64,000 nucleotides of DNA. It comes from Laspinema olomoucense D3b (GTDB taxonomy: Bacteria > Cyanobacteriota > Cyanobacteriia > Cyanobacteriales > Laspinemataceae). The notes under the pieces are model-generated. The model was not told the DNA's origin. It worked only from the letters and a program-made list of their open reading frames with translations, and did not search any database. Below, one piece after another: positions 1-9,097 of this stretch. The translations under genes and the position numbers were made by a program. The number at the start of each line of letters is the position of its first letter. Within the stretch, counting starts at the first letter, position 1. The DNA lies in contig NZ_JAMXFA010000001.1 in NCBI RefSeq assembly GCF_025370785.1, positions 43,902-107,901 of the forward strand. The letters are read 5' to 3'.

Positions 1-1364
1 TCACTCGCTATGAGTTCTTCGACAGTAATGCCCAAGCAACCAGTGGTTATTTTACGGTTAATGGTGTCCGGCAGACCGCAGGTCAGAGCTTCTTTGTAGA
101 TGCCGATAAGCTCCACACTGTCAAGTTTGTTGGTGGTGGTGCTACTAATACTGATCCCATCTCAGTGCGGGCCACTGATGGGATCGATGGTTGGGGAGCA
201 TGGAGCTACGCAAACTTCACGACTCAAGCACCTGTTACTAATGACTGGTTTGATCTGAATATCAAGGACACAACAATTCGCGCTCTTGCACGCAAACATT
301 TTCAAGATGGAATATTTTCTCGCCAGGAGATGATTGAAATCTTTGACTCTGCTAAAGATGGTGGGGTGGTTGATGCGAATGAGTTGGCAGACCTGAAGCT
401 ACTCTCCAGTGATGTAACTTACATCAAGATGGCAGATCATGTCCGAGTCTTGAGCCAGAAGATCGCCCACGGCAACAAGGCTAATGAAAAGTATCTTGGT
501 CAATCCTCGGGTAATCTTTATGCGGGAAGCAGTCAGGCTCATCTTCAGAAGCTGATTGATGAACACTTCTTCGGCAAAGATTTGCCTCTTGCAAAGGGTG
601 AATATGCCTATGGAGAAGCGAATCAAGCCACCTATCAATATGTCCAGGGTCAACTATTCCAAAACGGTATCCAATATACCGATGTTCGTCAAGGAGCTTT
701 GGGTGATTGTTACTATCTTGCTGCATTAGCTGGTATTGCTCTAGCGGATCCCAACAAAATCAAGGAAATGTTCATCGACAATTATGATGGAACTTACACA
801 GTTCGCTTCTTCAACAATGGTCGAACAGACTATGTAACAGTCAATCGTTTACTGCCAACGAATCCTGGTGGGACATTATCTTTTGCTAAAGTAGGCAATT
901 CGTGGAATACTTACACTAACTCCAGCAATGAGCTTTGGGTCGCACTAGCCGAGAAAGCCTATGCTCAAATCAATGAGGCGGGTTGGATTGGTCAGGATGG
1001 TACAAACAGTTATAAAGGTATTGAAGGCGGTTGGATGCATCATCCAGTAACTCAAGTGTCAAATTGGTCAGGAGGTATTTACTACCTTCAAAGCGCTAGT
1101 CAGATTCTTCAGGACTTTAACAATGGAAAAGTAGTGACTTTTGGATCTTATGGCCAAGACTCTACAAAAGGTTCTCCTGTTGCTTCTAGCCATGCTTACA
1201 CAATGGTGGGTTACAATCAATCTACTGGAAAGTTCAAACTATTTAATCCTTGGGGATCTGAAGGCGGATACGAGTATGGCGACTCTGCTTTTAAACCGGG
1301 CATATTAGAAATGACTTGGAACGAGATTAAAACATACTTTAGCCGTTGGACAGTCAATGGCTAG
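1..1364 (+). CDS. calpain-like (peptidase C2) cysteine protease domain protein; 5'-partial at window edge
   Basis: The reading frame is open from nt 3 with no upstream stop. The segment QGALGDCYYLAALAG matches the calpain catalytic-Cys signature QGxLGDC(W/Y)LLAA. A His region (SSHAYTMVGY) and an Asn/Trp region (LFNPWGSEG) follow downstream. Confidence 0.6.
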   Translation, partial: TRYEFFDSNAQATSGYFTVNGVRQTAGQSFFVDADKLHTVKFVGGGATNTDPISVRATDGIDGWGAWSYANFTTQAPVTNDWFDLNIKDTTIRALARKHFQDGIFSRQEMIEIFDSAKDGGVVDANELADLKLLSSDVTYIKMADHVRVLSQKIAHGNKANEKYLGQSSGNLYAGSSQAHLQKLIDEHFFGKDLPLAKGEYAYGEANQATYQYVQGQLFQNGIQYTDVRQGALGDCYYLAALAGIALADPNKIKEMFIDNYDGTYTVRFFNNGRTDYVTVNRLLPTNPGGTLSFAKVGNSWNTYTNSSNELWVALAEKAYAQINEAGWIGQDGTNSYKGIEGGWMHHPVTQVSNWSGGIYYLQSASQILQDFNNGKVVTFGSYGQDSTKGSPVASSHAYTMVGYNQSTGKFKLFNPWGSEGGYEYGDSAFKPGILEMTWNEIKTYFSRWTVNG

Positions 1365-1480
1365 GGTAACTAGAACTACTTCTGACTTCTAGTGAGGTTG
1401 CAAGAGACAAGAAAATGTTTTTCCTGTCTCTTGCGGAGATCAATCCAAGCCGCTCCCCTATTTGTTTCTACCAAAAAATA

Positions 1481-2242
1481 ATGTATTTCATGAATAACTT
1501 TGACTTTTTGCGTATTGGCGATGATGTTCTATCCATCCAAGAGGTGATGACTTACCTCAAGGATTCGGGGAACTTTGGTCAGTTGATGTCCACTGTATTA
1601 CGAGAGTACCTCGTAGATCGAGAACTTCAATCCCGTGACTTTCAAGTGTCAGACTCTGAAATCGAGCAATTTATTCTTGATTTTCGCCTACAGAATAATG
1701 CTGTAGAGCGTCCGGCATTTGAGCAATGGCTTTCTGAGCATCAGTTAAGTTATGAGAGTTTCCGGGAGAAGGCAATCAAGGGGATTAAGTTTCAAAAACT
1801 GCGCGAACAGGTTGCTGGGGTTGAAGTAGACCAGTTTTTTGAAGCGAACCACAGTCTTTTTGACCGTCTTGCTCTTTCCCGGATAGTCGTTCAGGAGGCT
1901 GGTCTTGCCCAGAAAGTGAGTGAAACGCTACAGCAGGATCCTGGAGAATTTAATTACTTGGTGGCAGAGTATTCTATATCTGAAGACCGACATTTAGATG
2001 GCCGGATGGGTGTGTTTCCCCGTGAGGAAATGCCGCCACAATTGCAAGCAGGTTTTAACGACAAATCTCCCGGAAGTATTATTGGCCCTATTGTTGTCGA
2101 AGATCTTCACTGCTTTTTCCGGCTTGATCAGTTAATCGAAGCTAATCTAAATGATAGCCTCCGACGAACAATTGAAGATCGGCTTTTTGAGGAGTGGCTC
2201 AGAAGTAAAATGCAAGGGATAAATCTTCAGATTTTGGTTTAG
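1481..2242 (+). CDS. PpiC/parvulin-type peptidyl-prolyl isomerase domain protein (SurA-like)
   Basis: The C-terminal segment LSRIVVQEAGLAQ...FNYLVAEYSISEDRHLDGRMGVF...GSIIGPIVVEDLHCFFRL fits the parvulin rotamase pattern. The ORF-track start at 1415 lies inside an 11-bp-stem hairpin, so the in-frame ATGs at 1481 or 1490 are more plausible starts. Confidence 0.5.
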   Translation: MYFMNNFDFLRIGDDVLSIQEVMTYLKDSGNFGQLMSTVLREYLVDRELQSRDFQVSDSEIEQFILDFRLQNNAVERPAFEQWLSEHQLSYESFREKAIKGIKFQKLREQVAGVEVDQFFEANHSLFDRLALSRIVVQEAGLAQKVSETLQQDPGEFNYLVAEYSISEDRHLDGRMGVFPREEMPPQLQAGFNDKSPGSIIGPIVVEDLHCFFRLDQLIEANLNDSLRRTIEDRLFEEWLRSKMQGINLQILV

Positions 2243-2503
2243 GGCAATGTGCTAAAAATTTTAGTACAAGCTAATCAAGTTTAGTGTTATTAATAGGATA
2301 GTTTAGGCCGTCAGAATATTTTTGATTACCCGAAAAATTAAAATTTTCCGCCTAGATGTCCCCACCTTCCCAAAAACCACGCCAGTTTTGGTGCGTTACG
2401 CGGTCAACCTAATTCCTTCCAATGTGACGGAATTGAGTCCCCATCTAGCGCACCCTCCGATCGCCAAACTTTTCTTTTTCCTTAAACATACAGGAGCATC
2501 AAA

Positions 2504-3253
2504 ATGTTGAAATCTACTGAACTCGTAAAATCCCTAGGAATCATCGGTGCAACCGCAGGAATTGCCCTCACTTCAACCCTTCCGGCTCATGCTGCTTCCT
2601 TCACCCTGAGCAACATTACAGGTACTTGGGATAACGTCGAAGGAACTTCTGTATTCAATGGCACTGATACTAATCAAGTGCGTTGGGGAAGTCCCGCCAC
2701 CCTTGCGGGTCAAAGTGGTTTGAACTTTAACAGTTCTTCTTCGTTAGTTTCTGTTTCTAGTGGGAGCAACTTTGTCCTTGGACAATTGACTCATTTGAAC
2801 TTCCCGTTGTGGGCAGGAACGGCAGCATCAGGAGCTGATTTAGACCTCTCAATGGCAATCGATGGAGTCCTTCATTCATTTAACTACAGTTTTTTGATTA
2901 ATGAGACTTCAAATACTGCTGGAACCTGTCCGTTTTTTCAAGTTAGCAACACTCCCTGTGATGATAAGATTGACTTTACCAGTCCGTTTAGCAGCACGAC
3001 TTTCCAGAAAAATGGCTTTAACTATAGCTTAGAACTGTTAGGGTTTAGCCGCACTCTTGATGGACTCTCTCCCGTTTCCTCATTTATTACGGAGGAGCAT
3101 AAAGCTTCTTCTGCCTTCCTCGTAGCGCGGGTTGTAAAAGATGGCAATAATGATGTTTCGGTTCCTGAACCGGCATCAGCGTTGGCTGTTGTTTTAATCG
3201 GACTGGCAACCACTCGGATGCGACGGAGTAAAAACTATAAATTGGTAAGATAA
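2504..3253 (+). CDS. PEP-CTERM sorting-domain secreted protein
   Basis: An N-terminal signal peptide ends ...LPAHA|AS. The C-terminus VPEPASALAVVLIGLATTRMRRSK is the canonical PEP motif, TM helix and Arg cluster. The body is Ser/Thr/Asn-rich, consistent with a secreted protein. Confidence 0.7.
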   Translation: MLKSTELVKSLGIIGATAGIALTSTLPAHAASFTLSNITGTWDNVEGTSVFNGTDTNQVRWGSPATLAGQSGLNFNSSSSLVSVSSGSNFVLGQLTHLNFPLWAGTAASGADLDLSMAIDGVLHSFNYSFLINETSNTAGTCPFFQVSNTPCDDKIDFTSPFSSTTFQKNGFNYSLELLGFSRTLDGLSPVSSFITEEHKASSAFLVARVVKDGNNDVSVPEPASALAVVLIGLATTRMRRSKNYKLVR

Positions 3254-3331
3254 TTATCTCAGCAATTTGTAACAATTACTAAGGCATCTTTTTTAAAGCC
3301 TTTGTATCTCAGCAGATATTTTGGCTTTTAA

Positions 3332-3361
3332 CCCGGTTTCTAAGCTCCCAGGGGCGATCGC
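3332..3361 (+). repeat. direct repeat copy A flanking the TA cassette (CCGGTTTCTAAG...GGGCGATCGC)
   Basis: A second, roughly 75%-similar copy lies at 4097-4129. The two copies bracket the antitoxin/mazF-like cassette. Confidence 0.45.
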
Positions 3362-3487
3362 GCAGCGTCCCGGAGGGAATCGCTTTTTTGGAGGCGATCG
3401 CTGTTTAGATGGGCGATCGCTTTTTTTGGGGATGCGATATCCAAGCTATAATGTCCTCAGAGTAATCATCGAAAATTCATCTGAGCC

Positions 3488-3721
3488 ATGAAAGTTATTT
3501 CTTTATCAGCATATTTTGATGGTCAGTCTATTCAGCTAGACGAACCCTATCAGCTAGAACCCAACACCAAACTGATTGTGACAGTAATTCCCGAACAACC
3601 CTCCGAACGAGAAACGTGGTTATCCTGGTCAAGTCATCAACTGAACAGAGCTTACAATGCGGAAGATGAATACCCACTGGATAGCATCAAAGTAACGAAC
3701 CCTGATTATGAAAGAAGCTGA
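3488..3721 (+). CDS. putative type II antitoxin (small acidic protein upstream of MazF-like gene)
   Basis: This 77-aa ORF overlaps the downstream PemK/MazF-like ORF by 14 nt, the typical antitoxin-toxin coupling. No confident family assignment is possible from sequence alone. Confidence 0.35.
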   Translation: MKVISLSAYFDGQSIQLDEPYQLEPNTKLIVTVIPEQPSERETWLSWSSHQLNRAYNAEDEYPLDSIKVTNPDYERS

Positions 3722-4046
3722 TGTTGCTCTGACTCCCATTCCCCAAGCAGATGGGACACTAAAAAATCGTCCAGTGGTTCTGCTCAGGGAATTTCCCCCT
3801 TATCAAGACTTCTTAGTTTGTGGCATTAGTACCCAACTTCACCAAGAAGTGGTGGATTTTGATGATGTCATTTCTCCAGACGATTCAGACTTTATTGCTA
3901 GTGGGTTGAGAGTAAAATCTCTAATTTGATTGGGTTTTCTTGCTGTAGTTCCTCGTAATAGAGTGATTGGTTCTATCGGGTCAGTCTCATCAGCAAGACA
4001 TGAGCGTTTGCGCACTACCTTGAGTAATTATCTGGTCAGTAATTGA
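3708..4046 (+). pseudogene. mazF: PemK/MazF-family toxin gene interrupted by an in-frame TGA (codon 74 of about 112)
   Basis: The N-terminal part, ...TPIPQADGTLKNRPVVLL...LVCGISTQ...ASGLRVKSLI, ends in TGA at 3927-3929. Reading continues in the same frame as LGFLAVVPRNRVIGSIGSVSSARHERLRTTLSNYLVSN. This restores a typical full-length MazF, in which SLIRLGKL occupies the stop position. Confidence 0.55.
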
Positions 4047-4096
4047 TCGGCATCTAGAACATTGATCGTCGATCGCTTTTTACCCAAGCAAAGAAA

Positions 4097-4129
4097 CCGG
4101 GTTTCTAAGTCATCTGAGAGGGCGATCGC
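4097..4129 (+). repeat. direct repeat copy B flanking the TA cassette
   Basis: CCGGGTTTCTAAGtcatCTGAGAGGGCGATCGC here resembles CCGGTTTCTAAGctcCCAGGGGCGATCGC at 3332-3361. Confidence 0.45.
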
Positions 4130-4293
4130 TCTTTACCAGGACCCAAAAACTTGCCGATCGCCCCCTGTGTTTGTAAAGTTTTGCAACAAAATTGTTCAGG
4201 CTGCATAATTCAGGGGGATTACTCCTAATAAAGAAATAGAACCGTAACCCACTGGATGAACCCCTAGACCCTCTCACCCCTGATGCGATCGCT

Positions 4294-6036
4294 ATGAACC
4301 CTCAACCCCTTAACTCTCAAAACCACTATGATCACTGGATTTGTCCGAATCTCGGCACTTACTGGCAACTGGCTAAAGTCCGAGATTCGGATAGGGTGGT
4401 GCTAAAGTCGCGCCAAGGGGAGGGTCAATTTACGTTTTCCCCGATGGAAGGATTTGTTTTACAGCATTTCACCGGGAAGTTGCCGATCGCCCAAATTCAG
4501 CGGCGTTGTCACCAGCAATTTGGCGACTCCCTTTCTCCCTCTTTTGTTTGGGAACTCCTCCAAAAATTGATTGAATTGGGGATTTTAGCGGCTGAGGATG
4601 AGACGGCTATGGATTGGATTTGTCCAGATTTAACTCCTTACTGGACTCTATCTCCTCTCCCTGATTCTGACCAAATTCTGCTCAAAGCTATTGAAGGCAA
4701 TCTCCGGGTAATTTTTTCGGCGGTTGAAGGATATGCTTTAAACTATTTTACGGGTAAATATAGCGCTTTTGAGATTCAAACTCGCTGTGAACAGCAGTTT
4801 CCTGGGGAAATTTCTGCTGATTTTATCCCGGATTTGCTACAAAAGTTGATTGATTTACAGATTTTAGCACGGGATGATTCAGGGCAAGAGCAATCTGATG
4901 CCGAAAAACCTGCGGGCGATCGCCCTCCAAATTCTCCAGGTCTGAAAGCGTCTGTTCAGTGGATTAACCATCCCGATGGCTATTGGATTCTTCGCAATCC
5001 GGAGGATTTTACTTTTTTACAATTGAGTGATTCAGATAAAGTAATTATCGACCAACTGGGACGGCGATCGCCGTCCTCAATTATTGCAGAATTCTGTATT
5101 ACTCCCCAAGAGTTGAAAAATCTCCTGCGACTGTTGACGACATCCGCAATGTTAGAAGGAACGACGTTGCCAACTCCTCCTCGGGGTAAATTTAACCCGA
5201 TGCAGTTGCTTTATTTTCGGATTCCTTTATTCAATCCCGACCCTTGGCTGACTCGGCATATTGAGGGAATTCGCTGGATTTGGACGAAGCCATTTGCGGT
5301 GATTTTATTCCTGTGTTTATTTGCTGCTGCTGTCTTGGGAATTCGTCAGCGGGAAATTATTTTTTATACGGGACAGAAACTCATGGAAGCCAATGGTCCC
5401 GCTTTAATTATTCCTTTTGCTCTGCTGTCAATGCTGGTGGTTGCTTTTCATGAATTGGGTCATGCGTTTACGTTAAAAAACTTTGGGGGTGTGGTTCCAA
5501 ATATGGGATTGCTGCTGATGATGTTTATGCCTGCGGCTTATACGAATACGACGGATTCTTACTGTTTACCTCGATTTAAACGGGTGTTGGTTGTAGGGGC
5601 GGGTTTGTTGGTTCAATTTGCCATTTGGGCCGGTGCTTTGTGGTTTTGGAATTGGACTAATCCCGGTAGTTGGCTACATACGGCGAGTTATTTACTGATG
5701 GTGGCGGCTTTAGTCACGGTGGCGATTAATTTTAATCCAATGGCTAAGTTTGATGGCTATTATCTGGCAGTGGCATTGACGGGAATTAATAATCTCAGAA
5801 CGCGATCGTTTGCTTTATATGGTAATTTCCTGCGCGGGAAACCGTTACGAGAAAAAGCAGGGGATATTTTAATTTTAACCATTTATGCGCCTTTAAGTTT
5901 GGCATACATTTATTTTGTTTTCGGATTCTTGTTTGCAAAAATTGCCGATTGGAGTTTAACAAATATTCCAACAACGGCTATTTTACTTTTAATAGTGTGG
6001 TTGATTTACTTTTTATATCCAAATAATAGGCATTGA
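4294..6036 (+). CDS. membrane metalloprotease (peptidase M50/site-2-protease-like) with three tandem N-terminal PqqD/RRE-like repeats
   Basis: The HELGH zinc motif sits in a TM helix, with a downstream FDGYY (LDG-like) motif and multiple TM segments. The N-terminus carries three roughly 100-aa repeats (WICPNLGTYW..., WICPDLTPYW..., WINHPDGYW...). Each repeat ends in a hhLQxFTGKLxIxxIQ...LLQKLIELGIL pattern, reminiscent of PqqD/RiPP recognition elements. Confidence 0.6.
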   Translation: MNPQPLNSQNHYDHWICPNLGTYWQLAKVRDSDRVVLKSRQGEGQFTFSPMEGFVLQHFTGKLPIAQIQRRCHQQFGDSLSPSFVWELLQKLIELGILAAEDETAMDWICPDLTPYWTLSPLPDSDQILLKAIEGNLRVIFSAVEGYALNYFTGKYSAFEIQTRCEQQFPGEISADFIPDLLQKLIDLQILARDDSGQEQSDAEKPAGDRPPNSPGLKASVQWINHPDGYWILRNPEDFTFLQLSDSDKVIIDQLGRRSPSSIIAEFCITPQELKNLLRLLTTSAMLEGTTLPTPPRGKFNPMQLLYFRIPLFNPDPWLTRHIEGIRWIWTKPFAVILFLCLFAAAVLGIRQREIIFYTGQKLMEANGPALIIPFALLSMLVVAFHELGHAFTLKNFGGVVPNMGLLLMMFMPAAYTNTTDSYCLPRFKRVLVVGAGLLVQFAIWAGALWFWNWTNPGSWLHTASYLLMVAALVTVAINFNPMAKFDGYYLAVALTGINNLRTRSFALYGNFLRGKPLREKAGDILILTIYAPLSLAYIYFVFGFLFAKIADWSLTNIPTTAILLLIVWLIYFLYPNNRH

Positions 6037-6069
6037 TTTGTTAACTTTGTAGTCAGGGCATTTACTGTT

Positions 6070-7650
6070 ATGAGTTCTAATCCGAATCAGCCCCAAAAGT
6101 CTCCGCTGAAAGTGGTGCCGCCGAAATCGGTGGTTCAACCACCTATCCCACCTACGATGCCCGCTTCGCCGACTCCTGAAGTGGTTTCCCCGGCAAAAGC
6201 ACCGGCTGCCTCTCCCTTTTACAAGAAGGGGTTAATGCTGCTATTTTTATTGGGGTGTGGGGTGGCGATCGCCCGAATTCCCATCGCGAATCATGTCACA
6301 GGGGCAGGAAAAATTACCTCCCGCAGCTATGAACGTCACCATGTTACGACTTCAGTAGCCGGTACGGTTAATCTGAAAGTTAAGAGTAATGGATTGGTGA
6401 CAGAAGGGGATATTGTTGCGGAGGTTTATAGTGCCGAAATAGAACAGCAAATTGCTCAGGCACAACAGAGTTTGCAGCAAGCCAATTCAGCACTTGATGA
6501 TGCCAAAAGTCGGCTAAAAATGGGCGAGATGCAACTATTGAAGGCTAAACAGGATGTGGCGATCGCCCGCAGTCGTGCTGAAAAAGAACAAGGGGAGTTT
6601 GAAGCAATTATCGCCGGAAACAACTCACCGCAAATTCGGCAGCTAGAAAAAGAAATTAACAGTATTGAAAGTGAAATAGCTGGGGCTAAAAATAATCAGC
6701 TTGGCATTGAAGAGCAAATTACTGGAATTCAGTATGAAATTGCGGGTTTAGAAGGAGATACGACAAATTATCAGAAAAATTTACAAATTTTACAAGCGGA
6801 AATCGAACAATATCAAGCAGTTCTTCTGGAAGGGGCATTAGCCCAGAATGAGTTTAATAAATCTCAGAAGGAAGAAAATATCCTGAAAGCTCAGATTAAT
6901 CAACAAATGAGCCAAATAGATGTGAAGCGCCAGCAAATCCGCCAATATGAAAGCGAAATCCGTCAACGAGAAAATTTGATTGAGCAAAAACAGGGATTAA
7001 TTGCTGCTAAATATGAACAGATTGCAGAACTTAAAAATAAAGCAGAAGAGTTGCGCGATGAGCGAGCCAATGAGCTGGAGCAACAGTTAGCATTACAGCG
7101 TTCTGTGGAAACCGAAGTGGAAGGGGCAGTAATACAGATCCAGAATGAATCGGAAAGGGTGGCTAAGGCAGAAGCGGAACTCGCCCGATTGCGCGATCGC
7201 CAACAGGATCTGATTTTAAAGTCTAAAATCACCGGAACAGTCGTGACGGCTGATTTAGACTTAGTAGATCAAGCCCCGGTACAAATGGGTCAAGAACTGA
7301 TGGAAATTGTTAATTTATCCGAGCTTACTGCAACGGTAGAAGTCTCCCAGGAAGATGGAAATTTGGTCAAACGCAATCAACCCGTAATTTTTAAGGTTCG
7401 TGACCCTTATAGTCCGAGTTACCGGGCCACGGTTCAAGAGATTTTACCGAAGATTGCTTCGGATCAATCCGGGACTAATCCGATGTTGACTTTGACTATT
7501 TTAATTGAAAATCACGACCAGAGTTTACGCCCTGGAAGTGAAGGATTTGCCCATATTGCAACGGGACAGATGCGAATTTATCAAAAAGCTCAACATGAAT
7601 TAAATAAGTTGTTTAATTTGGATAAATATTTTGTGGGATTTGATAAATAA
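6070..7650 (+). CDS. HlyD-family secretion adaptor (membrane fusion) protein
   Basis: A Pro-rich N-terminus precedes a single TM segment (LMLLFLLGCGVAIA). A very long coiled-coil region of about 300 aa (Q/E/A/K-rich) follows. The C-terminal beta domain reads (VIFKVRDP...TLTILIENHDQSLRPGSEGFAHI). Confidence 0.65.
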   Translation: MSSNPNQPQKSPLKVVPPKSVVQPPIPPTMPASPTPEVVSPAKAPAASPFYKKGLMLLFLLGCGVAIARIPIANHVTGAGKITSRSYERHHVTTSVAGTVNLKVKSNGLVTEGDIVAEVYSAEIEQQIAQAQQSLQQANSALDDAKSRLKMGEMQLLKAKQDVAIARSRAEKEQGEFEAIIAGNNSPQIRQLEKEINSIESEIAGAKNNQLGIEEQITGIQYEIAGLEGDTTNYQKNLQILQAEIEQYQAVLLEGALAQNEFNKSQKEENILKAQINQQMSQIDVKRQQIRQYESEIRQRENLIEQKQGLIAAKYEQIAELKNKAEELRDERANELEQQLALQRSVETEVEGAVIQIQNESERVAKAEAELARLRDRQQDLILKSKITGTVVTADLDLVDQAPVQMGQELMEIVNLSELTATVEVSQEDGNLVKRNQPVIFKVRDPYSPSYRATVQEILPKIASDQSGTNPMLTLTILIENHDQSLRPGSEGFAHIATGQMRIYQKAQHELNKLFNLDKYFVGFDK

Positions 7651-7836
7651 ATAGGCGAAACTTTATGAGGGACTATAACAGTCCTGGCGTGCTTTTGTGT
7701 CGGGGTTCGACCTTTTTTACGCTTGAAAACCCAATTTACGGTGAAATAGGGGTCTATAGAAGAGAGGTTAGGGGCAATCCGATCGCGGGTGGTTGCCCCT
7801 AGGGTCTGAGGTTGACCTGAAAGGGTGGGTCCTAAA

Positions 7837-8658
7837 TCATCGCCGATCGCGGGTTGAGGTTTGCTCCGGCTCCAGAGTGAGGAAAGGGGCCTGAGCAACT
7901 TCTGAGAGGTTGACGGATTCTAGGAGCGCATTCCATTTTTGCCGTAACAGGGAGTCGTTGGGGTTTTCCTGGAGAAGCTGCGCCAGGGTACCGATCGCAT
8001 CAAACCACAGCAGTTCCCGCTCGTAGACAGCAATGCGATCGCGGGATGGTAGGGGTTCGAGTTCCTGAGTCAACGTCGGTGAGGGTTCGATCCGTTCTAT
8101 CCAACCTCCGATGGCTAAAATCGAGGGGTCTGATGCTTTCGGATTGCAAATCAGTGAGAAGTACCAACTATAAAATTGATTGACTTGCAACGGGGGGAGA
8201 TTCTCATCATCGGGTAGAGTGAGAGCAATGGTTCCCCCTCCTTTAGGTAAAGGCGCTCTATGGTGATAAATTTCTTGGGCGTTTTCGGGGTCCGATTCAT
8301 CCACCAGGATAAATTCCATCTCAATTTGCCCCGGATTGGCGTCATCAATTTTAGGGACGTAAAACAAAAAGGTAGGGGTATTCGAGAGGGTCAATCCCAG
8401 ATTATTCTCAGGGACTAGAGCAATCATGCCGGATGCACTCTTCGGACAGGTCCCCCGAGTTCCGCCGCCAATCCGTCGTCCAGGTGCACCTTCGGGGGTC
8501 TCAAATACGTTCCAATTTGTGGGCAACTCGTTTTGGGCGATCGCGCCAGAGACAGAAGCAGAGTTCGCGGGGTTGGTAAAAGCGGCACTCCCACCGAATG
8601 CCACCGCGAATGCCATCGATAGAGCAATTAAGGAGAAAGAAGACTTTCTTAAAATCAT
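7837..8658 (-). CDS. DUF928-like secreted protein
   Basis: The probable start is the Met of MILRKSSFSLIALSMAFAVAFG, a signal peptide, although the longest ORF extends to 8757. The RIGGGTRGTC motif is typical of cyanobacterial DUF928 proteins. Confidence 0.5.
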   Translation of the reverse strand: MILRKSSFSLIALSMAFAVAFGGSAAFTNPANSASVSGAIAQNELPTNWNVFETPEGAPGRRIGGGTRGTCPKSASGMIALVPENNLGLTLSNTPTFLFYVPKIDDANPGQIEMEFILVDESDPENAQEIYHHRAPLPKGGGTIALTLPDDENLPPLQVNQFYSWYFSLICNPKASDPSILAIGGWIERIEPSPTLTQELEPLPSRDRIAVYERELLWFDAIGTLAQLLQENPNDSLLRQKWNALLESVNLSEVAQAPFLTLEPEQTSTRDRR

Positions 8659-9097
8659 AATAGAGGGGCCTTGTGGTGAATTTAGATAGTAAGAGCACGC
8701 GGGATAAATCAAGATGGACCCGTCCTGCCGAGAGTGAAACGCTCTCTCTGAACACATTGAATCCCACTAAAATTGCTAAATTAGCAACCGTGCACCCCAA
8801 ACCATAGCGATCTCGGGGTTCTTTACCCCCACTCGTGCGGTTTGCCAAGGATTTGCACCCTTCAAGAGACATCACCCTGCTCTTAGATGGGATGGCGATC
8901 GCGGATTCACACCGATCACCAGTTTAAACCCTTTGATAAGTGTTTAAATCCATCATAACCGCTCTCCACCCAAGGACAAACTTTCCGTCTCTTGCGGGAG
9001 ACAAGTTAACGAAGACTTGAGAAAGCCACTGCCATGACTCTACCCCCAGTTATCCGTTGATCTCCTATCCCTTTTAGCACCCTTAGATTAGTTTTCT

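Noticed and set aside
399-726. Antisense ORFs (84 and 81 aa) inside the calpain-like gene. Similar short internal or antisense ORFs occur inside the RND, HK, men, psb and other large genes.
   Set aside because: They are fully embedded in strongly supported genes on the opposite strand or in another frame and have no recognisable domains. They are typical six-frame noise.
3352-3425. Cluster of three GCGATCGC sites with T-runs that looks like a short tandem array
   Set aside because: HIP1 palindromes are ubiquitous in this genome. The spacing is irregular, so it is not a CRISPR or other structured array.
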